A stretch of DNA of 64,000 bases from an uncultured Actinomycetes bacterium (GTDB lineage Bacteria; Actinomycetota; Acidimicrobiia; Acidimicrobiales; JACCXE01). The notes beneath the pieces were generated by a model that had not been told where the DNA came from, did not search any database, and saw only the letters and a list, made by a program, of their open reading frames with translations. Shown here piece by piece: positions 53,905 to 63,224 of the stretch. The DNA lies in assembly GCA_963718605.1 (NCBI GenBank), contig OY970363.1:3011239-3075238 (forward strand). The letters are read 5' to 3'. A program made the position numbers and the translations under genes. Position 1 is the first letter of the stretch; every line of letters starts with the position of its first letter.

Positions 53905-55869
53905 GTGTTCACGCCCGCCGACCTGCTTGAGATGTATCGGCGGATGCTCGTGATCCGCGGCTTCGAGCAACGCGTTGCTGGTCTGTATCGCGACGGCGAG
54001 GTGCCGGGGTTCGTGCACTTGTCGGTAGGACAGGAGGCCTCCGCGGTCGGCGCGTGCTGGGCCCTCAACCCGATTGACGTCATCACGTCGACCCATCGCG
54101 GCCACGGGCACTGCTTGGCGAAGGGGCTCGACCCGCTTGCCATGTTCGCCGAGTTGATGGCGCGCGACGCGGGATCGAATCGCGGACGCGGCGGGTCGAT
54201 GCACATCGCGGATCCCAACCTCGGCGTCTTCGGCGCGAACGGGATTGTCGGTGCGGGCCTGCCGATCGCGGTAGGAGCGGCGACGGCGGGGCAACTGCGG
54301 GGCGACGGCAGCGTCGCCGTGGCGTTCTTCGGCGACGGCGCGGTCGCGCAGGGCGCGTTTCATGAAGCGGTGAACCTGGCCGCGGTGTGGAAGTCGCCGG
54401 TGGTGTTCTTTTGTGAGAACAACGGCTACGCCGAGTTCTCACCCGCGTCAGCGCAGCACGCGGCAGCGCTTGAAGAACGCGCCGCGGGCTACGGCGTTGG
54501 TTACGTAGCCGTCGACGGCAATGACGTGGTCGCCACGACCACGGCGATGCGGCAAGTGGTCGATGGGGTGCGCTCCGGCGATGGTCCGGTAATCGTCGAG
54601 GCCACGACCTACCGGTGGCACGGCCACTACGAGGGCGACCCTCAGCGCTACCGCACGCCCGACGAGTTGAACGAGTGGCAAGGACGCGACCCGCTCGTGG
54701 CGCACGCGGCGGCTCTTCGTGACGCCGGGTTCGACGATGACGCGCTCAAGTCGCTCGAGTCCGTCGTGTCCGACGAATTGGACGCCGCGGTCGACGCCGC
54801 CCGCGCCCTACCGGCCCCGACCGTTGACGCGTTGCACCACTTCGTGGTGCGCGAACGTCCCTCACGTCCCGAGCCACCCGACCCGACCGCCGACGCACCG
54901 ATTTTCCGCACGATGGATGCGATCCACAACGCGCTCGAAATCGAACTCGAGTCCGATGAGCGCGTGTTCGTCGCCGGCATCGACGTGGGCGACGGCGGCA
55001 ACGTGTTCGGCCTTACCCGCGGCTTACGCGACCGCTTTGGCGATCGGGTGCGCGACACGCCGATCTCGGAGACGGCCGTGATGGGCCTTGGCGTGGGCGC
55101 AGCGATGGCGGGCATGCGGCCGGTCGTGGAGTTGATGTATCTCGACTTCGTCGGGGTGTGCCTCGACCAGTTGCTCAACCAAGCGGCCAAGCTCCCGTTC
55201 ATGACCGGCGGCGCCGCGCAGATGGGGCTCACGGTGCGCACGCAGTTCGGCGCTGGCCGGTCCTCGGGCAGCCAGCACTCGCAGAGCCTCGAAGTGCTGC
55301 TCGCCCACATTCCCGGGCTCAGCGTGGTCATGCCGAGCACGCCGGCCGACACTTACGGCCTGTTGCGCGCGGCGATCCAAGACCCGAACCCGGTGGTGTT
55401 CATCGAGAACCGGTTGCTGTACGGCATGAAGGGCCCGCAATCACCCGCGGATCACATCGTGCCGATCGGGGTGTCGCGCGTCGTGCGACCGGGGGCAGAC
55501 GTGACGGTGGTGTCGGTGTCGCGCATGGTGCATGAGGCGTTGGCGGCCGCGGAGTCGCTGGCCCCGGACGGGGTGTCGGTCGAAGTGATCGACCTGCGCA
55601 CAGTCGCCCCGCTCGACGTCGCGCCGATCCTGGAGTCGGTCGCCAAGACCGGGCGATTGCTCATCGCGCACGAGGCGGTCATCCCGTTCGGCATCGGTGC
55701 CGAGATAGCGGCGGTCGTCGCCCGTGAAGCGTTCTGGGATCTCGACGCCCCGATCGAACGCGTCGGCGCCGCATCTACTCCGCCGCCCTACGCACCCGAC
55801 CTCGAAAAGGCCTGGCTACCCGACCGCGACGACATCGCGGCGGCGATTCACCGCCTCGCCGCGACCTAA
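53905..55869 (+). CDS. fused 2-oxo-acid dehydrogenase E1 component, alpha and beta subunits in one polypeptide (ThDP-dependent)
   Basis: Alpha: VHLSVGQEA..THRGHGHCLAKG..FFGDGAVAQGAFHE..FFCENNGYA. Beta: ERVFVAGIDVG..FGDRVRDTPISE..MYLDF. Confidence 0.8.
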   Translation: MFTPADLLEMYRRMLVIRGFEQRVAGLYRDGEVPGFVHLSVGQEASAVGACWALNPIDVITSTHRGHGHCLAKGLDPLAMFAELMARDAGSNRGRGGSMHIADPNLGVFGANGIVGAGLPIAVGAATAGQLRGDGSVAVAFFGDGAVAQGAFHEAVNLAAVWKSPVVFFCENNGYAEFSPASAQHAAALEERAAGYGVGYVAVDGNDVVATTTAMRQVVDGVRSGDGPVIVEATTYRWHGHYEGDPQRYRTPDELNEWQGRDPLVAHAAALRDAGFDDDALKSLESVVSDELDAAVDAARALPAPTVDALHHFVVRERPSRPEPPDPTADAPIFRTMDAIHNALEIELESDERVFVAGIDVGDGGNVFGLTRGLRDRFGDRVRDTPISETAVMGLGVGAAMAGMRPVVELMYLDFVGVCLDQLLNQAAKLPFMTGGAAQMGLTVRTQFGAGRSSGSQHSQSLEVLLAHIPGLSVVMPSTPADTYGLLRAAIQDPNPVVFIENRLLYGMKGPQSPADHIVPIGVSRVVRPGADVTVVSVSRMVHEALAAAESLAPDGVSVEVIDLRTVAPLDVAPILESVAKTGRLLIAHEAVIPFGIGAEIAAVVAREAFWDLDAPIERVGAASTPPPYAPDLEKAWLPDRDDIAAAIHRLAAT

Positions 55870-55880
55870 GTCATCTGAGT

Positions 55881-57011
55881 TCAGCAGCCGAGGGCGCGGG
55901 CGATCACCATGTGTTGGATCTCATTGGTGCCCTCGCCGATTTCGAGCACCTTGGCGTCGCAGTAGAAGCGGGCGACGGGCGAATCGAGCATGTAGCCGAG
56001 CCCGCCGTGGATCTGCACCGCTTCGGACGCGGCCGCCACCGCGAGCCGGCTCGCCTTCAGCTTGGCCATGGCCGCTTCTTTCAGGAACGGCTTGCCCGTG
56101 TCGCGGAGGTACGCGGCGCGGTACGTGAGCCAGCGCGCGGCCTCGAGCTCGGTGGCGATGTCGGCGAGCTTGAACTGGACTGCTTGGTATTTCGAGATCG
56201 GCTGGCCGAACTGCACGCGCTGCTTGGCGTAGTCCATGGCCAGGTCGAGCACCGCTTGCGTGAGGCTGAGCGACAGCGCGGCGATCGAGATCCGTCCCAC
56301 CTCTAGCGTGCGCAGGAACTGTGACAGTCCAAGGTTGGGGTCACCCACCAGGTGGTCGGCGGCCACCCACACGTCGTCGAAGAACAGTTCGCGGGTGTCG
56401 AGCCCGCGCCAGCCGATGCCGCGCATCTTCGGGCCCATCGTGAAGCCGGGCGTGTCCCTCTCGACCACGAGCGTCGCGTAGTTGTCCTCGGTGCGGGCGA
56501 GCAGCGTGACGCCGAAGGACATGTCGGTGCCGGCGTTCGAGATGAACGTCTTCGTGCCGTTGATGAGCCAGCCGCCGTCTTTCGGTTCGGCGCGGGTACG
56601 AATGCCTCGGGCGTCGGAACCAGCGTCGGGTTCGGTGAGGCCGAACGCGCCGAGCGCCCGTCCTTCGGCCAGCGGACGCAGCCACCGCTCGCGCTGCTCG
56701 TCGTTGCCGAACAGCAGCAGCGGCAGCGACCCGATCGTCACGTGGGCCTGCCACGCGGCGGCGACGGACTGGTCGGCCAGACCGATCTGCTCCATCGCGG
56801 CGACAAAGCCGACCGTTGACATGCCGATGCCGCCCCACTCCTCGGGCACGAGCACGCCGAGCAGCCCGAGTGCGCCCATCTCCCGCAGCAGGTCGGTCGG
56901 GCACACCGCGTCCTCCCACGCCTGCGGGGCGCGCTTGGCGATCTCGTTCTGCGCGAACTCGCGGCACAACCCAGCCAGTTCGCGCTCGGGCTCGGTCAGC
57001 TCCAAGTCCAT
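55881..57011 (-). CDS. acyl-CoA dehydrogenase
   Basis: GAFGLTEPDAGSDA...GTKTFISNAG...EIGEGTNEIQHMVIAR. ATG 57011 (MDLELT). Confidence 0.85.
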   Translation of the reverse strand: MDLELTEPERELAGLCREFAQNEIAKRAPQAWEDAVCPTDLLREMGALGLLGVLVPEEWGGIGMSTVGFVAAMEQIGLADQSVAAAWQAHVTIGSLPLLLFGNDEQRERWLRPLAEGRALGAFGLTEPDAGSDARGIRTRAEPKDGGWLINGTKTFISNAGTDMSFGVTLLARTEDNYATLVVERDTPGFTMGPKMRGIGWRGLDTRELFFDDVWVAADHLVGDPNLGLSQFLRTLEVGRISIAALSLSLTQAVLDLAMDYAKQRVQFGQPISKYQAVQFKLADIATELEAARWLTYRAAYLRDTGKPFLKEAAMAKLKASRLAVAAASEAVQIHGGLGYMLDSPVARFYCDAKVLEIGEGTNEIQHMVIARALGC

Positions 57012-57021
57012 GCGGCACCGT

Positions 57022-57041
57022 ATCGTACCGATCGGTACAAT
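57022..57041. promoter_or_regulatory. 20-bp palindromic operator-like site ATCGTACCGA-TCGGTACAAT (core GTACCGATCGGTAC is perfect)
   Basis: It lies in the 42-nt divergent intergenic region ACAD(-)/BVMO(+). Confidence 0.55.
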
Positions 57042-57053
57042 CCTGGCCCGCCC

Positions 57054-58664
57054 ATGGACGCCACCGAACTCCCCATCGACGACGTCCTGGTGATCGGCGC
57101 CGGCGTCACCGGCATCTATCAGCTGTACCGCGCGCTGCAAGAGGGCTTCGCCGCGTCGCTAATCGAGGCAGGCGACGGGGTGGGCGGCACGTGGTTTTGG
57201 AACCGCTACCCGGGAGCCCGCTTTGATTCCGAGAGCTACACGTACGCGTACCTGTTCTCGCGCGAGTTGTTCGACGAGTGGCAGTGGCAAGAGCACTTCG
57301 CCGAGCAGAGCGAGACCGAGCGCTACCTCAACCACGTAGTTGACCGTTTCGACCTGCGGCGGCACATGCACTTCGGGTCCAAGGTGGCGTCGGCCGTATA
57401 TGACGAGCCATCGTCGACGTGGCTTGTGACCCTCAGCGACGGAACCGAGCAGCGGGCCGGGTTCGTGGTGGCCGCCACCGGCGTGTTGTCGGTGCCCTTC
57501 TTTCCTGACGTGCCCGGTCGCGACGCGTTCGCCGGTGAGCAGCACCACACCGGCCTGTGGCCGACGACGCCGGTTGACTTCAAGGGCAAACGCGTCGCGG
57601 TGATTGGCACGGGGTCGAGCGGCGTGCAGATCGTGCCCGTGATCGCGGACGAGGTCGCGGCGCTCACCGTCTTCCAACGCTCGGCCAACTGGTGCACGCC
57701 GCTGAACAACCGGCCGATCACGCCTGAAGAGCAGCACCAGCTGCGCGCCGACTTCGAGTCGATGCGCGAGACGCTCAACACCTCCGTCGCCGGCTTCCTG
57801 CACGAGCCGCATGACCGCGGCGCGTTCGACGACTCCGACGAGGAACGCCTCGCGTTCTTCGAGCGCATGTGGAACAGCCCGGGGTTCACGAAACTGAGCA
57901 GCAACTACCTCGACCTGATGTTCAACCACGACGCCAACAAGGCGTGGTGCGACTTCATCGAGGCCAAGGTGCGCTCGCTCGTTGACGACCCGGCGACCGC
58001 CGACAAGCTCATCCCGGATCACCGGTTCGGTCAGAAGCGTCCGCCGTTCGTCACCGGCTACTACGAAACGTTCAACCGGCCCAACGTCGAACTCGTCGAC
58101 CTCAAGGCCACGCCCATCCTGCGCGTCACCGACACCGGCGTCGAAACGGCGGACGGCGTGCGCGACTTCGACATCATCGTGTGGGCGACCGGCTTCGACT
58201 TCGGGACTGGCGCGCTATCGCGGATGGGCGTAGTCGGGCGCGGCGGCGTCGCGCTCACCGATCACTGGGCGGACGGTCCGCAGACGTTCCTCGGCGTGCA
58301 GACCGCGGGCTTTCCCAACTTCTTCTTCCCGGGCGGCCCGCATGCTGCGGCGGGTAACAACCCCCGCTACAACGGCGACCAGGTCGACTTCATCACCGAG
58401 ACCCTCGTCTACGCGCGCGAGCACGGCTACCACGAGATCGAAGTGACAGCCGAAGCCGAAGCGCGTTGGACCGCGATGGTCGACAAGGCCGCGCTCCAAG
58501 CACCCTTCGGTGAGTTCGGCCAGTACTACGGCACGAACATTCCCGGAAAGCCCCGCCGCTACCTACTCAACGCCGGCGGCCGCCCCAAGCTCTTCAAAGA
58601 AATCGCCCGCGTCAAAGCCACCAACTACGAAGCGTTCACGTTCGCGTTTACCGCTGAGGATTGA
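57054..58664 (+). CDS. Baeyer-Villiger-type flavin monooxygenase
   Basis: VIGAGVTGI, GGTWFWNRYPGARFDS, fingerprint FAGEQHHTGLWP, second Rossmann VIGTGSSGVQ. Confidence 0.85.
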   Translation: MDATELPIDDVLVIGAGVTGIYQLYRALQEGFAASLIEAGDGVGGTWFWNRYPGARFDSESYTYAYLFSRELFDEWQWQEHFAEQSETERYLNHVVDRFDLRRHMHFGSKVASAVYDEPSSTWLVTLSDGTEQRAGFVVAATGVLSVPFFPDVPGRDAFAGEQHHTGLWPTTPVDFKGKRVAVIGTGSSGVQIVPVIADEVAALTVFQRSANWCTPLNNRPITPEEQHQLRADFESMRETLNTSVAGFLHEPHDRGAFDDSDEERLAFFERMWNSPGFTKLSSNYLDLMFNHDANKAWCDFIEAKVRSLVDDPATADKLIPDHRFGQKRPPFVTGYYETFNRPNVELVDLKATPILRVTDTGVETADGVRDFDIIVWATGFDFGTGALSRMGVVGRGGVALTDHWADGPQTFLGVQTAGFPNFFFPGGPHAAAGNNPRYNGDQVDFITETLVYAREHGYHEIEVTAEAEARWTAMVDKAALQAPFGEFGQYYGTNIPGKPRRYLLNAGGRPKLFKEIARVKATNYEAFTFAFTAED

Positions 58665-58896
58665 GGCGGTTCGCTGCTTCGCGGATCTTTTGGACTGCAG
58701 GAAGCAACAGCTCTGCCGGCTCGGGCGTGTAGACGGTGAACTCAACCGGTTTGACCAAAGGCCGGCCGTTGAGGGTCGGCCCCTGCCATTTCACCGGCCA
58801 CGCATTCGCGGCCGCTGCCGGCGTTGCATCTAGACACACCGCGGCGATCGGCGTCGCCAACGCCAACGCGACGCCTACAGCTCGACGCTTCTTCAT
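58648..58896 (-). CDS. small secreted hypothetical protein
   Basis: MKKRRAVGVALALATPIAAVCLDATPAAAANA looks like a signal peptide. It is convergent with BVMO, with a 17-nt overlap. Confidence 0.35.
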   Translation of the reverse strand: MKKRRAVGVALALATPIAAVCLDATPAAAANAWPVKWQGPTLNGRPLVKPVEFTVYTPEPAELLLPAVQKIREAANRLNPQR

Positions 58897-58975
58897 AAGG
58901 CAGGCCTCCCTTTCGTGGGTACTCGCACACTAACGACGTCGCTGGAGCGACGCGGCGCCCGCGGCGCCTCGACGG

Positions 58976-60064
58976 TTAGACGGTGGCGATGGGGGTGACG
59001 GGGGAGCCGACGATGCCGGGGAGGCGGAGCGGCGGGGCCGTGAGGAGGAAGCGCGAGCGGTTGTTGGCCCGCAACCACCTGGCCAGCTCGTCCAGGTACC
59101 ACAGCTCGCCCAGGGGCACGCCGAGCTTGAACAGGCACAGGTGGTGGATCGGCAGGAACGAGTGCCGGGACGGGTCCTTGTCCTTGCCGAGGAGACCTTC
59201 GACCGCGTAGTTGTCGGCCACGAGCGCGGCGATGCCCGACGAGGCGATCCAGTCGAGCAGCGCGGGGTCGTGCGCGTCGAGATACGAACCGGTGGTGAAC
59301 AGCTTGCGTGGGTCGGGCTGGCGGTCCCACTCGAGAATGCGCGTCGCGAAGCCGGTGTGGAGGAGCAGCATGTCGCCGGGCTCAACCACGACTTTGTCGG
59401 CGTCCATGATCGACTGCAGCGTGTCCAACCCGACCGGCGTCCAGTCGTCGCCGAGATGGGCGTGTAGATCCACCAACACGCCGCGCCCCTGCACGCCGTG
59501 GAACGCCATGTGTTCGAGCCCGAGGTGATGTGCGAACGAACGGTGCCCGCTGCCGTCACCACGGGCATCGTCGGACGGGCCGACGAGGTCGGTGCCGGCG
59601 CGGTACCCGTTGTAATACACGGCCTCTTCGACGCCGTCGCCGTCCGCGTCGAACTCGGCCCCGACGTGCGCGAGCGAATCCCATTGCGTCGAGTACTGAA
59701 GCGACAGCGTGACGACGTCGTCCGCCCACACGTCGACGTATTTGGCGTCGCCGAAGTCCGGCATCTCGCTCATGTGGACGTTGAAGAACACGTCGGCCGT
59801 GCCGTCCATGTCCTCCGTGGGCGCGAGGCGGGGCGGCGGCCGCCGCTGATTGAGCGCGGTGCCGCCGGGGAAGTCGAGGGGGAGCGAGAGGCAGAACGTA
59901 ACGCCGGCCTGGACCTCGGCCACCCCCTGCAACACCTTTTCGGCGTCGACGAGGTTGATGCGACCCAGCTCGTCGTCGTCGCCCCAGTCGCCCCACGTGG
60001 AGCCGTCAGGCCGTTGTATCCAGCGCCGTTCCGCGGTCACGGAGACGAGCATTGCATAAGGCAC
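58976..60064 (-). CDS. cyclase-family (kynurenine-formamidase-like) hydrolase
   Basis: WGDDDELGRINLV...FCLSLPLD...DSLAHVG...LLLHTGF. Start is GTG 60064 or ATG 60052. Confidence 0.55.
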   Translation of the reverse strand: MPYAMLVSVTAERRWIQRPDGSTWGDWGDDDELGRINLVDAEKVLQGVAEVQAGVTFCLSLPLDFPGGTALNQRRPPPRLAPTEDMDGTADVFFNVHMSEMPDFGDAKYVDVWADDVVTLSLQYSTQWDSLAHVGAEFDADGDGVEEAVYYNGYRAGTDLVGPSDDARGDGSGHRSFAHHLGLEHMAFHGVQGRGVLVDLHAHLGDDWTPVGLDTLQSIMDADKVVVEPGDMLLLHTGFATRILEWDRQPDPRKLFTTGSYLDAHDPALLDWIASSGIAALVADNYAVEGLLGKDKDPSRHSFLPIHHLCLFKLGVPLGELWYLDELARWLRANNRSRFLLTAPPLRLPGIVGSPVTPIATV

Positions 60065-60111
60065 TCGCGAGATGCGAGAATGGCATTTCCACAGGCCAGG
60101 GAGGGAAGCAC

Positions 60112-61356
60112 ATGGCTGACAACGACTTCGTGGTCTCGGCGGACGGCCACATCCTGGAACCCACGGACCTGTTCCGCACTCGCCTGCCCAAGCACCTGCG
60201 CGAGCGGGGCGTGTGGGAAGAGGACTTCGAGATCGAGCCGTTGGTCGAGGGCGGCGCCACCACGTTCCGCCGGTTGCACACGCCGGGGTACGAGGGCTGG
60301 ACGATTTCGCGCTACCGCCAGACCAGCGGCCGCACGCCCGAGGGTGATCCCGAACTCATTCTTGAAGACCTCGCGACCGACGGCGTCGACGCCGCCGTGA
60401 TGCACCCGAACCTCTCGCTGTTCGGGCTGTACTCCGACGACCATGAACTGTCGATGGCCCACGCCCGCGTCTACAACGACTACATGGTGGAGCGCTTCTC
60501 GCCCTACTTCGCCCGCATCGTGCCCACCGCGCCGGTCCCGATCACAGACGTGGACGAGGCAGTAGCCGAGATCGAGCGCGTCGGCGCCGCCGGCATGCGC
60601 GCCATCCTGCTTCCCGCCATCCCGCCCAAGCCCTACTACTCACGCGACTACGACCCCGTGTGGGCCGCGATCCAGGGCATCGGGGGACAGGTGTTCATTC
60701 ACACGCAAACCGGTGGCGTGAAGGTGAACGACCCGCAGTCCACGACGCTCAAGGTCGTGATGGAAAACGCCGCGCAGGTCAACCAACCCGTCACCGAAAA
60801 GTCGGCGTCGAAGCGGATGATCACGCAGTGCATCTACAGCACCGTCACGCCGCAGCAGGTCATATGCGAGTTGATCGGCGGCGGCGTCGCCGACCGTTTT
60901 CCCGACCTGCACTTCGCGCTCATCGAGTTCAACGCGCATTGGTTGGCGTCGCTGGTCGGCAGCATGGACAAGGCGTGGACGACCGGCATCGGGCAGGACG
61001 ACGAGTGGTGGCTCGGCTATTGGGACGACACCCGTCCCGCGAACGACCAACCCAACATGGCGCGGCTGTTCAAACTCAACGAGAAATGGCCGTACGCCCT
61101 GCGGCCGAGTGAGTACGTGCAGCGCCAGTTCCACATCTCCTTCCAGGACGACCCGGTGGCGGTCGCGTGCCGGCACATCACCGGTCTGTCGTCACTCATT
61201 TGGGGCAACGACTATCCACACGCCGAGGGCACGTTCCGCGGCAGCCAAGAACTGATCAAGAGGCAGTTCGCCGGCATCCCCGCCGAGGAGCGCAAGGCAA
61301 TGGTCGGCGGCACGCTCGGTGGGCTGCTCGGCCTCAAAGCGCCGGTGCCCGCGTAA
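60112..61356 (+). CDS. amidohydrolase-2 (ACMSD-like) family protein
   Basis: VVSADGHILEP...VMHPN...IWGNDYPHAEGTF. ATG 60112 behind GGGAGGGA. Confidence 0.75.
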   Translation: MADNDFVVSADGHILEPTDLFRTRLPKHLRERGVWEEDFEIEPLVEGGATTFRRLHTPGYEGWTISRYRQTSGRTPEGDPELILEDLATDGVDAAVMHPNLSLFGLYSDDHELSMAHARVYNDYMVERFSPYFARIVPTAPVPITDVDEAVAEIERVGAAGMRAILLPAIPPKPYYSRDYDPVWAAIQGIGGQVFIHTQTGGVKVNDPQSTTLKVVMENAAQVNQPVTEKSASKRMITQCIYSTVTPQQVICELIGGGVADRFPDLHFALIEFNAHWLASLVGSMDKAWTTGIGQDDEWWLGYWDDTRPANDQPNMARLFKLNEKWPYALRPSEYVQRQFHISFQDDPVAVACRHITGLSSLIWGNDYPHAEGTFRGSQELIKRQFAGIPAEERKAMVGGTLGGLLGLKAPVPA

Positions 61357-61359
61357 GCG

Positions 61360-61944
61360 CTACTTCGCGATGCCCTTGATGAAAATGTCCGCGAACGGTT
61401 TGGCAATGTCGCGGGCCGTCAGCCGGTCGCCGGGCTTGAGCCATAGGTACGTGTAGTTGTGCATGCCCAACCACGCGAGCGCGGTGAGACGGGTGTCGAC
61501 CTTGCGGAACTCGCCGTTTTTGATACCGGCCTTGAGGACGGCCTCGACGCGATGCTCGTAGGCGTGCCGACGCACGCGAAACGTCTCGGCGCGTTCACCC
61601 GTGAGCGCCGGGAATTCGTGCAGGAACACCCACACGTGGTCGGGGTAGCGATGGATGACGTCGAGCAGTTCATCGCCGAGCATCGCGAGTTGGGTGGACG
61701 GCGATCCGCCCGCAGCGGCGACGCGCTCGGCGCCACCCATCACTTCGTCCATAACGCGGTCGTGGATGGCTGCGAGCAGCGCTTCCTTGGATCCGATGTA
61801 GTGGTAAAACGCGCCCTTGCCCAAGCCGTTCGCGGTACACAACTCCGCAATGCCGGTCGCGTGGTAACCGCGCTTCGCGAACACCCGGGCGGACGTGTCG
61901 ACGATGGTTTCTCGTCGCGCCGTCCATCGTTCGCTGCGCTCCAT
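61360..61944 (-). CDS. TetR family transcriptional regulator
   Basis: FAKRGYHATGIAELCTANGLGKGAFYHYIGSKEALL. Confidence 0.85.
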   Translation of the reverse strand: MERSERWTARRETIVDTSARVFAKRGYHATGIAELCTANGLGKGAFYHYIGSKEALLAAIHDRVMDEVMGGAERVAAAGGSPSTQLAMLGDELLDVIHRYPDHVWVFLHEFPALTGERAETFRVRRHAYEHRVEAVLKAGIKNGEFRKVDTRLTALAWLGMHNYTYLWLKPGDRLTARDIAKPFADIFIKGIAK

Positions 61945-61982
61945 TGGAACGGACGGTACACGGAGCGCGCCGAGGTCACTTC

Positions 61983-62807
61983 GTGAGCGCGCACCGCTTC
62001 GACGGACGGGTTGCGATCGTTACCGGCGCCGGCCGGGGCATCGGCGCGGCGTATGCCTCGCTCCTCGCCGAACTCGGGGCGACCGTGGTCGTCAACGACA
62101 TCGACCCGGACACCGGCGCGGACGACACGAACGACGTGTCGACCGTCGGCGGCGCGCAGGCGCTGATCGACACGACCATCGAGCGCCACGGCCGCCTCGA
62201 CGCGTTGATCAACAACGCCGGGATCATCGAGTGGGGCGGCCTACCCGACGTCGACGCCGTCAACATCGAACATCACATCGCCGTGCACACCCTCGGTTCG
62301 TTCAACACCACCCGCGCTGCGTGGCCGCACATGGTCGAACAGGGCTACGGCCGCATCGTGATGACGACCTCGGCTGGGGTGTTCGGGCTGCCGACGAACA
62401 CGGGGTATGCGGCGGCCAAGGGCGGTGTGATCGGCCTCACCCGCAGCCTCGCCCTCAGTGGACGAAAGGCGGGCATCAAGGTGAACGCGATCGCCCCCGC
62501 GGCGGCCACCCGGATGGGCGGCGACGTCGAGTCGCCTGCGATGGCACCCGAACTTGTCGCACCGATGGCGGCCTTCCTGGCCCATGAGGACTGCCCGGTA
62601 ACGGGCGAGATCTACACCGCGGGCGCCGGTCGCTTCGCCCGCCTGTTCATCGCGTCGACGCCCGGCCACCTGAATGTCGAGCCGTCCATCGATGCGGTCG
62701 CCGACAACTGGGCGGCCATCAACGACGAGACGGGTTACTTCGTGCCGCGCGATCTCATGCAGTGGTCATCCAAGTTCACCGAACACCTCGAGGGCATCGG
62801 TGACTGA
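61983..62807 (+). CDS. SDR family oxidoreductase
   Basis: VTGAGRGIGAAYA, NNAGI, YAAAKGGV. GTG 61983 within ORF 61944-62807. Confidence 0.8.
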   Translation: MSAHRFDGRVAIVTGAGRGIGAAYASLLAELGATVVVNDIDPDTGADDTNDVSTVGGAQALIDTTIERHGRLDALINNAGIIEWGGLPDVDAVNIEHHIAVHTLGSFNTTRAAWPHMVEQGYGRIVMTTSAGVFGLPTNTGYAAAKGGVIGLTRSLALSGRKAGIKVNAIAPAAATRMGGDVESPAMAPELVAPMAAFLAHEDCPVTGEIYTAGAGRFARLFIASTPGHLNVEPSIDAVADNWAAINDETGYFVPRDLMQWSSKFTEHLEGIGD

Positions 62808-62808
62808 G

Positions 62809-63195
62809 TCAGGCGGCGTCGACGGTGCGACGCACGAACTTCCACGCGCCGTCGCGCTGTTCGAGCGAGTCCTGATACTTCGCCACGAACTGCACCGACC
62901 AGCCGCGGTCGCCCTTGACGAGCAGCACGACGTCGCTCAGCGCCTGCGCGGCGCGGTCGCTCCACTCGGTGACGAGCGTGTTCATCACGAGGTGACGCTG
63001 CGGCACGCGCGGCTTCCAGCCTTCGTAGGCACCGCGCAGCGCGTCCACGCCTTCGTAGGTCCCGAGCGCGGGAAAGTCGAACACGCCCTCGGGCCAGTAC
63101 GTCGCCAGCACGTCGTCGGTGTGCCCTTGGTCAAGCGCGTGCGTGTACGCGGCGATCGTGGTTCGTACTGCTTCGGCGACATCGGCGTACGTCAT
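62809..63195 (-). CDS. SnoaL-like (NTF2 fold) protein
   Basis: IAAYTHALDQGHTDDVLATYWPEGVFDF...HLVMNTLV...WKFVRRTV. Confidence 0.6.
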   Translation of the reverse strand: MTYADVAEAVRTTIAAYTHALDQGHTDDVLATYWPEGVFDFPALGTYEGVDALRGAYEGWKPRVPQRHLVMNTLVTEWSDRAAQALSDVVLLVKGDRGWSVQFVAKYQDSLEQRDGAWKFVRRTVDAA

Positions 63196-63224
63196 GGTCG
63201 ACCAACCTATTGCCAGAGGACGAG

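Noticed and set aside
53866-54363. Upstream extension of SDR ORF 53086-54363
   Set aside because: It is antisense to the E1 gene and Arg-rich. The SDR Rossmann motif starts shortly after ATG 53865.
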